The notes beneath the pieces are model-generated. The model was given only the letters and a program-made list of their open reading frames with translations. It had not been told where the DNA came from and did not search any database. This document shows, in pieces, positions 19,878 through 30,633 of a stretch of 64,000 bases of DNA. Position numbers and translations under genes: made by a program. The DNA comes from an uncultured delta proteobacterium (GTDB taxonomy: Bacteria > Desulfobacterota > Binatia > UBA9968): positions 160,001-224,000 of the forward strand of contig CAWJZV010000024.1 in assembly GCA_963847445.1 (NCBI GenBank), given 5' to 3'. Every line of letters begins with the position of its first letter. Position 1 is the stretch's first letter.

Positions 19878-21350
19878 CTAGTCGCCCACTCGCCCCGACT
19901 GTTTCTCCATCACGTATTTCACCAAGAACGGCCACACCTGAGTCGCGTCGGCGAGCATCTCGGCGTAGATGCCGTTCTTGTCAGCCTTGCGCCACGACTC
20001 ATTCTCGGAATAGGTGCAGCCCGAGAGATGGCCGAAGTGGGGTTTGTCAGGGCAGATTCTCACGCCGTAGCAGAATTTGCGATTGGGGAAAGTTGGCCCT
20101 AAGCGTTCGTTGATGATCTCGATCAAAGGCGCGACGTTTTGCACGTTGTTACGCGGCACGCCGCCGCCGATGGAAAGTATGCCAAACCGCTTCGGCCCGG
20201 TGACCACGCGAATCAACTCCTTGCTGTCCAGTTCCAGGTTCATCAGGATCGGCTTCTTGCCGCGCCGGCGCCGTTTGATGTTGTGAATATAGATATCGTT
20301 GCCCAGCTCCGAATCGACGAACGCCGGCACGAACACCGGAACTCCATGCTGGTATGCCGACTTCAGCACGCCGCGATCGTTGGGATAGTTCTCGGCCAAG
20401 TGCTTACCGATCAATTTGTTGAACGCCGTCGGACTGAGCATCTCCTTGCCGTCGATCTTATCGATCACCTTGCCGATCACCTCTTCGACGGTGTCCAGAT
20501 TGGTTTCCGGCTCCAGCGTATCGGTCACGCGGTTGAGCTTGCGCCGCGCCAGCTCGGTGTCGTCGAACTTGGGATTGTATTTGTAATGCTTGAGACCGAT
20601 GGACGACACCAAGCCATGCGCCATCAGCGCGCCTGTGGACGAGATCGCGTGGATCAATCCCAACTCGATCATGTCGCAGATAACCAGATCCATCTTGCCG
20701 ACGGTCATGGCGCCGCTGACCGTGAGAAAGCGCACGCAGTCCTTATCGCCGGTCATCGCTTCAAGAGCTTTTGCGCCGCGCGCCACCTGCGCTGCCAGGC
20801 CGCCATTGGCAGCCAGCCCGTAGATGAAGGAACTGACCGAGCTGCGCTTGCCATTCAACCATTCGTCGAGAGCCGCGTAAATCACCGGCATGATGAAGCG
20901 CGGATCGGCGAACACCGCGTCGGGGAAAAACCCGTCGCGCACCTGGCCGGGCCGCGCCATGTCGAAGGGGTTAATAAAGATGGCGCGCTTGGGCTTCTTA
21001 TAAATCGGCTCGGCATCGCGCTCGGAGAATGCACCGACGACGATGACATTGCCGCCGCGAGTCTGCATCTTGGCGTAGGCCGATGGCGTCACGATCCGCC
21101 GGCACCAGCGGTTCTTGACGAATTTCTTGAGCAGCCGCCCCAGCGGTGTCTTCTCCAGACCGTCATAGATCAGCAGCGGCTGGTCTTGAGCCGTCGCCAT
21201 CTCGCAAATGGTCTTGGCCACTTCGCCGAGCATGCGCGCGCCGAAGGCGCAGTAGCGCATGGCGTCGACGATGTCGCCGACGCTGTCGCACTTTTGCAGA
21301 TCGAGGGATCGCAGTTCCTCGAAGGGTAGTGTCTTGGCGGAATGTTTCAT
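19878..21350 (-). CDS. Deoxyhypusine/homospermidine synthase-like protein with N-terminal extension
   Basis: FLTVSGAMT, STGALMAHG, VPAFVDSELG, GGGVPRN, HLSGCTYSENESWRK (catalytic Lys position). Confidence 0.88.
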   Translation of the reverse strand: MKHSAKTLPFEELRSLDLQKCDSVGDIVDAMRYCAFGARMLGEVAKTICEMATAQDQPLLIYDGLEKTPLGRLLKKFVKNRWCRRIVTPSAYAKMQTRGGNVIVVGAFSERDAEPIYKKPKRAIFINPFDMARPGQVRDGFFPDAVFADPRFIMPVIYAALDEWLNGKRSSVSSFIYGLAANGGLAAQVARGAKALEAMTGDKDCVRFLTVSGAMTVGKMDLVICDMIELGLIHAISSTGALMAHGLVSSIGLKHYKYNPKFDDTELARRKLNRVTDTLEPETNLDTVEEVIGKVIDKIDGKEMLSPTAFNKLIGKHLAENYPNDRGVLKSAYQHGVPVFVPAFVDSELGNDIYIHNIKRRRRGKKPILMNLELDSKELIRVVTGPKRFGILSIGGGVPRNNVQNVAPLIEIINERLGPTFPNRKFCYGVRICPDKPHFGHLSGCTYSENESWRKADKNGIYAEMLADATQVWPFLVKYVMEKQSGRVGD

Positions 21351-21385
21351 TGCAGCTTTCTTGTTCTTCAAATGTCCCTAGCAAA

Positions 21386-21444
21386 GAGGGCGGGTTTAAA
21401 CCCGCCCTCAACAAGAATTGAGTCTTTTTTGCGTTCTTTGCGGC
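21386..21444. repeat. REP-like hairpin gagggcgggtttaaacccgccctc followed by tttgcg repeats
   Basis: Near-identical to the module at 5349-5413. Confidence 0.75.
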
Positions 21445-21459
21445 TGACCTTCCGGGTTT

Positions 21460-22494
21460 CTAGCGCAGCGCCGGCAACACCGACTTGGCGCAGCGCTCCA
21501 TCGACCTCAGCACCTTGTCCTGGCTGAGCCCGCCGAAGTGAAACGTCAGACCGATATGCGTCGTGCCGACGGTCTCGACGATGCGTTTGAGAATGCGCAC
21601 GCAGCTTTCCGGCCCGCCGAACACGCCCCGACTGTCGCGCACCATGGCGTCGTAGGCGAGGTGCGGGAAGACCCGCTCATGGGCCGGCGTGCCGGGCGTG
21701 GCGCCAACCGCGTCCAGGGCAAAGCCGCGCCAACGGTGCCAGTGGTCGACGACATCGGCTTTGGCTTGTTCGTCGCTGTCGCCGACATAGACGGGATACA
21801 TGGTGAACACATCTTTATCGTCGACGGCATGGCCCGCCCCACGCAGCGCCGCCTTGTACGATTCCACCCGCGGCCCCTGCTCCTCGTTGGTGGCGATCCA
21901 CGGCAGCGTCATCAAATGATGGCCGCGCGAGCCGGCCAGATGGAAACTTTCCGGATCGCGGTTGGCGGTGATGTAGATCGGCGGATGAGGCCGCTGATAG
22001 GGCTGCGGATAGACTTTGAGCTTGGGGAAATTGTAATGCTCGCTCTGCCACTCGAACTCTTCGCCGCTCCACGCCCGCATGACGATATCGAGAGCTTCGG
22101 GCAAACGCTTCTGCGCGTTGCTCCAATCGGCGCCGAACACCGCGTATTCAGTCGGATGCATGCCGCGCCCGGCGCCGAAACAGAGCCGCCCTTCGGACAG
22201 CTGGTCGACCATGGCGAACTCTTCGGCGATGCGCAGCGGGTTGTGCATCGGCAGCAGCGACACCGCCGCGCCCACACGAATCTTCTTGGTGCGCTGCGCC
22301 GCCGCCGCAAGGATCACCGACGGACTCGGCATCTGCCCGCCGAAGTGGCGAAAGTGATGCTCGGTCACCCACAACGAATCGAAACCCAGCGCTTCCGCGG
22401 CGTCCATCTGCTCGAGCCACTTGGAATAAATCTCCCGGCTACCGCCATCCAGCTCGGGAACATAGGTATTGAGAATGTAATAACCGAATTTCAC
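21460..22494 (-). CDS. LLM-class flavin-dependent oxidoreductase
   Basis: GFDSLWVTEHHF, HNPLRIAEEFAMVDQLSEGRL..GAGRG, PYQRPHPPIY. Confidence 0.92.
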   Translation of the reverse strand: MKFGYYILNTYVPELDGGSREIYSKWLEQMDAAEALGFDSLWVTEHHFRHFGGQMPSPSVILAAAAQRTKKIRVGAAVSLLPMHNPLRIAEEFAMVDQLSEGRLCFGAGRGMHPTEYAVFGADWSNAQKRLPEALDIVMRAWSGEEFEWQSEHYNFPKLKVYPQPYQRPHPPIYITANRDPESFHLAGSRGHHLMTLPWIATNEEQGPRVESYKAALRGAGHAVDDKDVFTMYPVYVGDSDEQAKADVVDHWHRWRGFALDAVGATPGTPAHERVFPHLAYDAMVRDSRGVFGGPESCVRILKRIVETVGTTHIGLTFHFGGLSQDKVLRSMERCAKSVLPALR

Positions 22495-22670
22495 ATCGAC
22501 CTCGCTTTGTAACGTGCCACCGAAAATATGGGGAATTCGCCCGTGGGTCAAGCAAAGATCGCAGGTCATCATTTGGCAGCTTCCCGGCGATGGCTGGGCA
22601 TAGCCACTTCTATTTGCAATCGCGCGGTAAATTGGGATTATAGAGCGATAACGATCCCAAGGAGACTCGC

Positions 22671-23541
22671 ATGATTCGAATCACCACCGCCAGCCGTCTA
22701 TTGTTAACCGTTTTTTGGTATGGCGGCATCGGCCGCGGCCCAGGCTCAAGAGCTTGAGAGGCTGCCCTACGTGCCAACACCGCAGATTGTCGTCGACGAG
22801 ATGCTGAAAATGGCCGGCGTCACCGACAAAGACTTCGTCGTCGACTTGGGCTCCGGCGATGGCCGCATGATCATCACCGCGGCGCGCAGCTTCAAAGCCA
22901 ACGGTCTCGGCGTCGACATCGATGCCAAGCTCGTCGATCTCGCCACCAGACACGCGCGCAACGAAGCGGTCGGCGACCGCGCCAAGTTCATCGAACAAGA
23001 TATGTTCAAGGCCGACATCAGCAAAGCTACGGTGGTGACGCTCTATGTCCTGCCCGATTTCATGGAAAAGCTCCGGCCCAAACTGCTGCGCGAGTTGAAA
23101 CCCGGCGCGCGCATCGTCGCCCATGATTATTATATGAGCGAGTGGCCTCCCGACCGCTTCGCGGAAATGAACGTGCCGGAGAAAAAAGCCGCCAACGGCA
23201 CGGAGAAAGCCTATCTCTATCTGTGGACCGTCCCGGCAATCGTTCAAGGCGACTGGCGCATCAATTGGGATTTCGGCGATGGCAAACCGCGGTTGATCGT
23301 CCTGGCATTCAATCAAAGATACCAAACCATCAATGCTTCCGCCGCCAGCAAAGACGGCGAGATGAAGATCGCCAACGCCACGCTCAAAGGCGACGATATC
23401 GACTTTTTCCTCACCGTCGGCGCGGCGAATTACCGCTTCACCGGCAAAGTCCAGGGCGACCGCATGAGCGGCAACGCCGTCACCGGCGCCGGTGGCAAAT
23501 CGATCCCGTGGAGCGCCGCCAAGATGCCGCCGGAAAAGTGA
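22671..23541 (+). CDS. Class I SAM-dependent methyltransferase with signal peptide and C-terminal beta domain (indel in T-run ~22711-22716)
   Basis: PYVPTP, VDLGSGDGR, ATVVTLY, LKPGARIVAHD; RBS GGAG before ATG 22671. Confidence 0.85.
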
Positions 23542-23666
23542 GTTTGACATCTTGGCTTGGGTTTCGTAGGGAAAGGGAAGTTGTCGACAACCTTCGGGCC
23601 TTGATGTGGATCGACTTAATCAAAAGGAAGACAAATACAACCTAGATCGAAAGCGAGGGTAATCTC

Positions 23667-24725
23667 ATGAACGCACCCGTATCCGCATACACCCCTGAAG
23701 TGGTATTGGCCGGCGAGAAGATTATTTCCGCCGACTCCCATATCAAGGAGCCGGAAGATCTGTGGGTCAATCAACTGCCGGCGTCGATGAAAGATCGCTA
23801 TCCAAAATTTCCCAAGCGCAATTCGCCCGGCGAAAAACCCGGCGGCTGGGACCCCAAGGCGCGCATTAGCGAGATGGAAACCGACGGCGTGTCGGCCGAA
23901 GTGCTCTATCCGACGCTGGGGCTGCGTTTGTTCGCCATGGAAGACGCCGAATGTCAGGAAGCCTGCTTCCAGATCGCCAACGATTGGATGATCGACTACT
24001 GCAAAGTCACCCCGGGCCGATTGATCGGCATCCCGATGATTTCGCTCTACAACATCAAGAACGCGATCAAGGAGCTCGAGCGTTGCAAGAAGGCCGGCAT
24101 GGTCGGCTGCTTGATCTGGCAAGTACCGCCGGACCATCTGCCGTTCTCCAGCGACTACTACGATCCGTTCTGGGAAGCCGCAGGCGAGATGAATATGCCG
24201 GTGAACTTGCATATCCTCACCGGATTCAACTACAGCCGCTTCGAGCGCAAAGGACTCGACACCTACAAGACCGCCGTCAACGATAAGGTCAACGACGCGG
24301 CGAATACGTTATTCGATCTGATCTTCACCGGCGCGCTGTCGCGTTTCCCCAAACTCAAACTGGTCTACGTCGAAAATGAGTGCGCCTGGCTGCCCTTCTA
24401 CTCCCACGAGTGGGACAAATACTACACCCGCTTCAAAACCAAAGTGCCGCTGCCGTTCATGAAGAAACTCCCCGGCGAATATATCGACGAACAAGTGTAC
24501 GCGACCTTTTTTAGCGACCCTTGCGGCGGCCAGCTGATGAATCGTTTCGGCCAAGACACGTTCATGTGGTCCAACGACTACCCGCACGCCGCCTCGCCGT
24601 GGCCGCACTCACGCAAAGTGATCGCCGAAGAATTAGGCCACCTGCCTAAAGACGTGCTGCGCAAAGTCGTGCGCGAGAACGTCATCAAGCTCTACGACTT
24701 GAAGATCGACGGGATCAACAATTGA
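23667..24725 (+). CDS. Amidohydrolase family protein (amidohydrolase_2)
   Basis: ISADSHIKEPEDLW, NLHILTG, WSNDYPH. Confidence 0.9.
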   Translation: MNAPVSAYTPEVVLAGEKIISADSHIKEPEDLWVNQLPASMKDRYPKFPKRNSPGEKPGGWDPKARISEMETDGVSAEVLYPTLGLRLFAMEDAECQEACFQIANDWMIDYCKVTPGRLIGIPMISLYNIKNAIKELERCKKAGMVGCLIWQVPPDHLPFSSDYYDPFWEAAGEMNMPVNLHILTGFNYSRFERKGLDTYKTAVNDKVNDAANTLFDLIFTGALSRFPKLKLVYVENECAWLPFYSHEWDKYYTRFKTKVPLPFMKKLPGEYIDEQVYATFFSDPCGGQLMNRFGQDTFMWSNDYPHAASPWPHSRKVIAEELGHLPKDVLRKVVRENVIKLYDLKIDGINN

Positions 24726-24744
24726 CCATTGATGATCCATGTGG

Positions 24745-24822
24745 TGTCATCCCGAACGAATGTGAGGGATCTAGATTCCCGCGGAGTCTATCATGAGCGC
24801 TGCCGCTGCGCTCGAAATGACA
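24745..24822. repeat. TGTCAT...ATGACA palindromic repeat (REP-like)
   Basis: tgtcatcccgaacgaatgtgagggatct-agattcc...cgctcgaaatgaca with inverted ends. Confidence 0.7.
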
Positions 24823-24842
24823 AAATAACACGGAGAAACGCC

Positions 24843-25337
24843 ATGCAGAAAAGCGCCACCGCCGCGGTTTATAAGAACTACGATCAACCGAAAACCCAGC
24901 TCTTTTCGCTCAAGACGCCGTACATGGAACAAGGCCGAGTAACCCAGCTTGTCGCCGAGACACCGAACCTGTGGATTCACACCAAGGTCAACGCCGAAGG
25001 CGGCGAGAACGAAATCCACAAGCATTTGGGCGAAGACCACGCCTTCATCGTTCTGGAAGGACAGATGAGCGTCTTCGATGAACAGGGCGGCGAGATCGAA
25101 GTGAAGCAGTATCAGGGCGTGATGATTCCCAAAGGCGCTTACTATCGCTATTTGAACACCGGCGACGGCAACCTGGTGGTGATCCGCGTCGGCGCCGGCG
25201 TAAAGGGACAACAGCAGGCGGGTCAGGAAACGCGCCTCGGCGCCGACGGCAAACCACTGGTCAGCGGCACACCGGAGAACCGCAACAAACCGCCCATCGA
25301 GATGATCGGCAAGTTTTTCGCCGAAGCCGCGGGTTAA
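24843..25337 (+). CDS. Cupin domain protein
   Basis: ENEIHKHLGEDHAFIVLEG..IPKGAYYRYLN. Confidence 0.85.
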   Translation: MQKSATAAVYKNYDQPKTQLFSLKTPYMEQGRVTQLVAETPNLWIHTKVNAEGGENEIHKHLGEDHAFIVLEGQMSVFDEQGGEIEVKQYQGVMIPKGAYYRYLNTGDGNLVVIRVGAGVKGQQQAGQETRLGADGKPLVSGTPENRNKPPIEMIGKFFAEAAG

Positions 25338-25372
25338 GCGCACGAAGCGCGGCAAATGACTTATCGAAGGTC

Positions 25373-25404
25373 AAGGGCCGCTCGCAATGAGCGGCCCTTT
25401 TTTT
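25373..25404 (+). terminator. Rho-independent terminator
   Basis: aagggccgctc-gcaat-gagcggccc-ttttttt. Confidence 0.85.
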
Positions 25405-25618
25405 GGTCCGGAGTTTCCGAATTGCCTTGACTCAAAGGTCGCCAATAAATTTGGCGGTCGGGCTCTTACGCTCCACTCACTAACCGATCTCTTCGCTGGT
25501 CCGCCGAACTCCGATAACACCAATCCCCATTTTCATCCACTGTGGGCGTGCGTAAGACCTTGAACCACTCTGTGGTAAATTTTTCCGGTCTTCAGTGGGA
25601 TCACGACGCGGCGCGAAA

Positions 25619-27065
25619 TTAAGAACCGAAGGTTTCGCGGAGAATTTCTTTCACCGCGTCCGCCGAGATGTCGTCCAATCGCGCTGCGCCAGCAAGCGGC
25701 AGAGTTTGCGCAAACTGCCGCTGCCAGGCGACCGTGCCATTGTCGATGCGCACGACTCTCATTTCGACCACTGCGCGCAAGGGCGACCGGCCATCGGTAT
25801 GCCAACGGCGAATCTCCGATAGCCATAACCAGCCCGAGAGATTGGCGGTGCGAGCATTGGCCGCGGCGCTGGCGCCATCGAAGGGCAGGGATTGCAAGCG
25901 GCTATCCAGTTCCTCAGGGAAGGAAACGGTAATTTGCCGTTGTATCAGTTCGCTTCGGAGCGAGCCACGCAGCAAATCCATCACCGTGAGCCGGTAGTCG
26001 GGAGGAAGCTTGCCGGCGATCTCGGCCAAAGAGCGCAGTGGGTTGGTGCCGGGCAAACGCAGGTCAGAGTCCGTGCTGTTGCGCACCGGCGCCAGCCAGA
26101 TCGCGCCCTGGCCAAGTAGCGATAAATCCAGCGGCGCTTGCGCGCGTTGCGCGGCGCAGCCGGAGACCAGCACAAACAGCAGCGCTAATAGGCAGGTGAG
26201 TCCCCGGCCTCGGCGCAAAATCGCTTGCCCAGCATAGACAGCGAAAATAACCACGCAGCCAAACGCCACATCCGTCGGTCCCAGCGGCAGGTCCAGGCGC
26301 ACGGATAGATAGAAGCCTAGGACCGCGATGAAAATACCGATCAACGACGAGAGCGACAGAAACGAACTCATGCCGCGCGCCAAGGCGCGCGCCGCCAGGG
26401 GCGGTAAGACCATGAAACCGAAAACCAAGAGCGGCCCAGCCATGATGACGCCAATGGCAATGCTGAAGCCGCACAGAACGTACAACCAAAAACTCCACTG
26501 CGCGCTGCCGCCGGTGAGCAAGAAAGACAGATCGCGGTCGAAAGAGTTGAGTAAAAATTCCCGGCGAAACAAAACCAGACCGACATATATCACGCCGTAG
26601 ACGATCGCCAGCAGTTTCAATTCTTCCTTGGATAAGGAAATCACTTCGCCCTTGAGCAAATTGAGGATTTCCAGCTCACCGGCGGGGTTAAAGACAATGA
26701 ACAAAATCGTCACTGCCGACGCCAGGGCGTAAGCCGCCGCAAGCCGGCCTTCCGGCGATCCAGTCGCGTGGCGATCAAGATAGGCCAGCAGTCCCATGCC
26801 GGCCAACGTGAACATCAGTGAACCGGCCATCGCCAATAGCCGTTCGCCGCCGCGTGCCGTGAGCGAAACCGAAGGCATGATGCAGCCAAAATGTGCAGGC
26901 CACGCCGCAGGCGGCGATTTGCGGCAGCGTCAAGCCGAGGAATACCCGCCGGCGCAGCATCAAGTGCGCGCCGACCAACGGACAAACCAATGCCAGGATG
27001 ACGCTGCCGAGCAACGCCGGGAAAAGCAAGAACGACGGACTGAGAATTTCCCAAAAGCTCACCAT
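25619..27065 (-). CDS. Zn/Mn-type ABC transporter permease with C-terminal lipoprotein-like extension (one frameshift near 26865)
   Basis: [55 protein letters not shown]; then LVSGC and a ~150-aa soluble tail. Confidence 0.8.
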
Positions 27066-27741
27066 GGATGTTGCGCCACCGATCCTTCTTCCCACGCCAC
27101 TTTGCCGCCGTCGACGCGCAAGATCTTTGTCGGTCACGCTGCGCACCATGCGTAGATCGTGGCTCGAAAAGAAATATCGCTTTGCCTTCGTCGCGATTGA
27201 GTTTGATCAAAAGCTCGCTGATCGCTTTCTGCGACTCCGGGTCGACGCCGGACAGCGGTTCGTCGAGAATCAAAATCTTCGGGCCGACCATGAGTGCCCG
27301 GGCGATCAGCATGCGTTGACTCTGGCCGCCGGACAGCGAAAAGAAAGAGCGTCCCGCCAGATGACGATAACCCGACCTGCTCGATCACATCGTGCAAGCG
27401 CTGTTTTTCCCGTCCCGGCAGACCCAGATAGGGCTTTAGCCGTCCAAGCCGCCCATCGCCACCACTTCGCGCGCGGTGATCGGAAAGGTCGAATCGAGCG
27501 CAGAACTCTGCGGCACGTAGCCGAACTCGCTGAGCGCGCAGTTGCGCACGAGCAAGCCGCTGATCGACGGGAAGAAATCCCAGAATCGTTCGAAGATCGT
27601 GGTCTTGCCGGAACCGTTAGGACCGGCCATCGCAATGAGTTCGCCGGCATGGATATCCAGATCGACGGCTTGCAATACCGGCGACACCGTCGTAACCGAG
27701 CGTTGCAGCGCGAAGAGAAATCAACGGGAGAGCTTACTCAC
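27059..27741 (-). CDS. Metal ABC transporter ATP-binding protein (several frameshifts)
   Basis: [26 protein letters not shown] and [11 protein letters not shown] in different frames. Confidence 0.8.
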
Positions 27742-27790
27742 GCAAGCTCTCCCTCAAAATGATCGAGTTCAAGTTGCATTAGGATCTTTC

Positions 27791-28715
27791 CTAACTCTTT
27801 TTGAGCGCGCCTAGCAAACTCCTGAGGTTGTAATCGATAAATTTGATGTAGCTGTCGGTCTCCGCCGTTGCGCCGCCGGTGCTTTGCAGTCGCACCACTG
27901 CGGCGCCGGTCTGACCCGCGAGCTGCTTCGGATAGCGATCGCTTTGCGGCCCGTAGATGATCACCTGCACTTTTTCCTGCTGCATTTTCTGGACAAGACC
28001 CACCAAATGATTCGGCGTTGGTTCAATGCCGGGTTTTAGTTCGATGCTACCGATCTGCTGAAGGCCAAAGCGACTCGCGAAATAGGCCCAATCGCTATGA
28101 TAGGCGACGAACTTGGTTCCCTTCAGTGGCGCTGCCAGGGTTTGCCATCTTGCAATCGCTTTGTCCAACTCGGCCAAATAGGCGGTTAAGTTCTTCTCGA
28201 AGACCGCTTTATGTTGCGGAAAATTACGCGCCAAACCGTCGGCGATATTGCGCGCGATCACTTTACCGTTGAACGGATCGAGGTTGTAATGCGGATTGCC
28301 CTTGGGATGGACATCGTCCTTCGGCGCGGTCAACGCTTTTCGGCACGTCCAGCACGGTAATCCCCGCCGAACAATCGACATGGCCGGGCTGGCCCGGCAT
28401 GATTTTCGGGTTGCTCGCCGGCTCCAAAAGCGCCGGCAGCCAAGAAATTTCCAGATCCAACCCCATGGCGACGAGTATATTGGCGCGGTTGAGCCTGGGA
28501 ACAAAACTCGGCTTGACCGGCACCGCGTGCATGAACTCAACACCGCGGGTGAGACTCTCGACCTCGACCAACTCCTTGCCGATCTGTTTGGTGATATCCG
28601 CCAGGTCGGGAATCGTCGTGACGACGCGAATCGGCTGCGCATGAGTGACGGCGACAGCGCCCCAGAGCAGACTGAAAAATAATAAGCTGATAAAACTTCT
28701 TCGTTTCACTCGCAT
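27791..28715 (-). CDS. Zn/Mn ABC transporter substrate-binding protein (ZnuA/TroA family; one frameshift)
   Basis: VVTTIPDLADI, GLDLEISWL, HPKGNPHY, AYHSDWAYF, KPGIEPTPNHL. Confidence 0.88.
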
Positions 28716-28744
28716 GATTTTGTCTCCTTCCTTGAGCCCCGCCA

Positions 28745-29997
28745 TTAGCGGTTGGCGAAGCCGTGCGAATGGGCGCCCAACGTGGTCGTCCACTGCAGAA
28801 AAAATTGGTTACCGCCGTCGGCTCTTCGATTCGTTAACGTTGTCGTTGCCGTAGGTGTATTGGAAGCGCAGCCGGTTAAACTCGCTCAGCTTCCAGGTCA
28901 AGAAGGGTGAATAGCTCTGAGTCTTCTTACCCGGGCTGGCCAAACTCGGCGCATTGTCGTACAGAAACCCGGCCGACCACTCGACGGTTGAGCTTTGCCT
29001 CGACGTAGGCGTAGCCGCCAGGGGCAAACATGCGCCGGAACCCTGAGTCGCGCTCGACGCGCTCGCTGTTGCCAAACAGTTCGGCGCCAACCGTCACGCC
29101 TTGATGCAGGGTGCTGTCGAGCGGTTGGTAGCGATAGGTCAAGTCTAAGCCACTGAGTGTCCGGCTTCCGCCATGGGGATCGGACGGAATGCGAATCGAG
29201 GGCGTATAGGCCAAGCTCGTTCCCAGTTCGATGCTGTGATTATCGCTCAAATCGAAATAAGTATTGAGCCGCCCGAGATAGGTAAACCGGCTCCAGGCGC
29301 GTGACTTGGTATCGTCCAAGCGCTCGTTTTCCGCGCCGAGCTTATTGTAACCGCCAACGGTGCCGCGCAAGAAAAACGGCGTCGGGAAAAGATAGCTCAA
29401 CTCCGCGCCATCGGCTTTCGATTCGCCGCCGACGATGCGCTCCAGCGAGAGCGGCGTATTCACAAAGGCATATTCATGGGGATGGAACTTGGCCAGGCGG
29501 CCGAAGTCGGCGAAAAACCGCCCGCCGCGGGCTTGCAAATTCCACGGCAACGAGGTCGTCACCATCGCCGCCTCCTCGACCTCGACGCCGTCGCCGCTGC
29601 CGGTAAAAAACGCGTAGCCGCGCGCATAGGGATCGATGGAGGCCGCAATGCCGATCTCCGCCGAGCGGAAATTGAACGTCCCGCCGGCTTTGCTGCGTTG
29701 CTCGGCAGTGGCGTCGATCGCCATGCCGATGGCGGGATTGAGCGCCGACGGCGCGCTTTGGACAGCTCTGACTGACTTTTCGACTTGATCCACCCGTGTG
29801 GCCGTGGTGCCCTTCTCTTTTTCCAATTGGTCGATTCGCTGCAGCGCCTTTTGCAGCTGCTGCTCCATGCCCTTGACCAGAGAACGTAACGATTCGAGCT
29901 CGGAATTTTGTGCCAAGCCCCGCTCAGAAATGAATAATAAAACGGTAAATACGGCGGACGCCACCACTGATGGTGTCCGCGAAGCGGATGAAACCAT
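28745..29997 (-). CDS. Outer-membrane beta-barrel associated with metal uptake (frameshifts near the C-terminus)
   Basis: Signal peptide plus coiled coil, NPAIG..SIDPY..VEEA..GGRFFADFGRL..HPHE, SEFNRLRFQY, C-terminal LGAHSHGF. Confidence 0.75.
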
Positions 29998-30002
29998 GAT
30001 GA

Positions 30003-30106
30003 GCCTCCCTCACGAGACAACAAAATCCCCTCCGCTCGGGCAAACCCGACGGAGGGAAAACCAATATCGCTGTGGTTTGATGAACTAGACTGGGAGTGAG
30101 AGAGGC
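30003..30106 (-). promoter_or_regulatory. RBS-sequestering leader: anti-SD GCCUCUCUCAC (30096-30106) pairs with GUGAGGGAGGC (30003-30013); internal hairpin 30028-30056
   Basis: 11-bp pairing with one G-U read directly; the anti-SD overlaps the RGPP-L-S codons of the uORF. Confidence 0.65.
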
Positions 30107-30381
30107 GGTCCGCGGACAAATGGGCGCTGCGGCGCGGTGAAATTCCACTCGTCGCTCTGCGCTTCGAGCAAAATGGCAAATTGTGCGACTGGCAGGATGG
30201 CTGGCGCGGCATCGTGCACAACCAACTCCGTGCGCGCACCTTGCACGCAACTGCATTGGCTGCTCAGTTGCGACGACAGCGAAACATGAAAATGCAGCGG
30301 CAGGAAGAAAACAAACAGCAATGTCGCCGCACAGGCAAAACGGCCAAATGCGCGGGCTGTGCGAATTCGCAAAACCGGCAT
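30085..30381 (-). CDS. Upstream leader protein, DUF2946/CruR-like, with hydrophobic N-terminus, HFH and CSC motifs and C-terminal RGPP
   Basis: 98-aa ORF ..LLFVFFLPLHFH..QCSCVQG..PFVRGPPLSLPV directly upstream of the metal-uptake operon. Confidence 0.75.
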   Translation of the reverse strand: MPVLRIRTARAFGRFACAATLLFVFFLPLHFHVSLSSQLSSQCSCVQGARTELVVHDAAPAILPVAQFAILLEAQSDEWNFTAPQRPFVRGPPLSLPV

Positions 30382-30387
30382 GAAAAG

Positions 30388-30416
30388 AACCTACTCAAAG
30401 GCCATGGGCTTGTCAA
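30388..30416 (-). promoter_or_regulatory. sigma70-type promoter, probably giving a leaderless transcript
   Basis: TTGACA-N17-TAGGTT-N6-ATG(30381); no SD before the ATG. Confidence 0.65.
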
Positions 30417-30633
30417 TAAAAACTAAAAACGGTGCTCCATGCGGGCAGGCAACCAGGCACTCCAGGCCACCCGCTGTTAGTTTGTCCGCCTGGACCCTCC
30501 AGCGAACTCTGGCCATTCCACCAGGCTCCGGGTTTATCAGTAGTCCATAGCCAGTCCCGCCAACGCCCCCGGAGTCAGCTCCTAACTAGCTGGTTTTTGG
30601 ATTGTCTGTTACTCGGATTTTATTGATCAACCG

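Noticed and set aside
25455-25560. Long-range pairing tcttacgc..gcgtaaga in the gap after the cupin terminator
   Set aside because: A single 8-bp inverted match with no other support.
30430-30600. Possible structured ncRNA between the divergent operons (ctccggg..cccggag stem)
   Set aside because: Only a short stem is visible, with no recognisable riboswitch or RNA family motif. An Rfam/Infernal search would be needed.
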